Position numbers and translations under genes: made by a program. The notes under the pieces are model-generated. The model did not search any database. It worked only from the letters and a program-made list of their open reading frames with translations, and was not told the DNA's origin. A stretch of 64,000 bases of DNA from Oscillospiraceae bacterium (GTDB lineage Bacteria > Bacillota > Clostridia > Oscillospirales > Oscillospiraceae): assembly GCA_009781695.1 (NCBI GenBank), contig WQVH01000003.1, forward strand, positions 12,535-76,534, in the 5' to 3' direction. Below, piece by piece: positions 63,737 to 64,000 of this stretch (positions within the stretch are counted from its first letter, which is position 1; the number at the start of each line of letters is the position of its first letter).

Positions 63737-64000
63737 TCAGGCCACCAACGAAAGCGCAGCTTGCCCCACCAAGAAGAAGCTGTCATATATTGTCTGAATA
63801 ACGTCCCTCAATGTGTTTTGAAAAACCGGAATATTCAACAGAAGTATGAGCACAAAAAATCCATAACGCTCATACCGCATGAGCTTAAAGTAAGTCTCCT
63901 CCGAAACCAGTGAGAAAAGAATCTTTGATCCATCTAACGGAGGTATCGGTAGTAAATTAAACACTGCAAGCATGACGCTGATCCATATGGTTTGCAGAAA
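63737..64000 (-). CDS. M50 site-2 protease family membrane protein (C-terminal part; gene runs off the window)
   Basis: NLLPIPPLDGSKILF motif. The reading frame stays open to position 64000. Confidence 0.8.
   Translation of the reverse strand, partial: FLQTIWISVMLAVFNLLPIPPLDGSKILFSLVSEETYFKLMRYERYGFFVLILLLNIPVFQNTLRDVIQTIYDSFFLVGQAALSLVA

Noticed and set aside
1-64000. Strand-specific G/C skew reversal at 34.5 kb as proof of a terminus
   Set aside because: Hand counts on six 60-nt lines per side gave about G92/C78 on the left and about G84/C79 on the right. That is too small and noisy to support or refute a skew switch, so it needs a proper cumulative-skew computation.

Overview
This 64-kb window looks like core chromosome of a Gram-positive Firmicute at roughly 40-45% GC. 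Clostridia-like markers are an IspH-S1 fusion, ytfJ/gerW, remA, a PASTA kinase, an LCP protein and CdaA/YbbR. It is almost entirely housekeeping genes, arranged in two long co-directional blocks.

Plus-strand block (132-34440): pseudouridine synthase; CdaR/PucR-type regulator-ftsE-ftsX-coiled-coil M23 peptidase-S41 peptidase; greA; lysS; a SpoU methylase; dprA-topA-trmFO; plsX-rnc-radical SAM; a 1354-aa secreted S15 (X-Pro dipeptidyl-peptidase-like) protein with its own promoter and terminator; smc-ftsY-rdgB-nadD::yqeK-LCP-rsfS-leuS; a small low-GC membrane ORF; and a Xer-type tyrosine recombinase.

Minus-strand block (34565-64000): partial M50 protease-scpA-scpB-DUF2953-ytfJ-rluB-rpiR-flavoprotein-cmk-plsC-ispH::rpsA; carD-ispD-ispF; cdaA-cdaR plus three uncharacterised genes; yicC-remA-gmk-rpoZ-priA-def-fmt-rsmB-rlmN-prpC-prkC-rsgA-D,D-carboxypeptidase.

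The two blocks converge at 34.44-34.56 kb. I found no rRNA or tRNA genes, CRISPR array, IS or transposon, prophage, or recognisable defence or toxin system, so this is mostly an ordinary region.

Four items deserve a second look:
1. The c-di-AMP cyclase operon is extended, through one-base TAATG overlaps, by a Cys-rich unknown protein, a Cys-tailed J-domain/TPR protein and a small polytopic membrane protein.
2. A self-contained S15 peptidase gene sits inside the conserved rnc...smc-ftsY string and ends in three ~105-aa tandem repeats I cannot assign to a known domain.
3. The strand-polarity switch is flanked by a low-GC spacer, a 34-bp palindrome and a Xer-family recombinase. It could be the replication terminus or an inversion scar.
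4. A CdaR/PucR-type regulator is translationally coupled to ftsEX.

Start codons were refined from the ORF track using RBS spacing and family N-termini. Small-site coordinates are hand-read and may be off by 1-2 nt.
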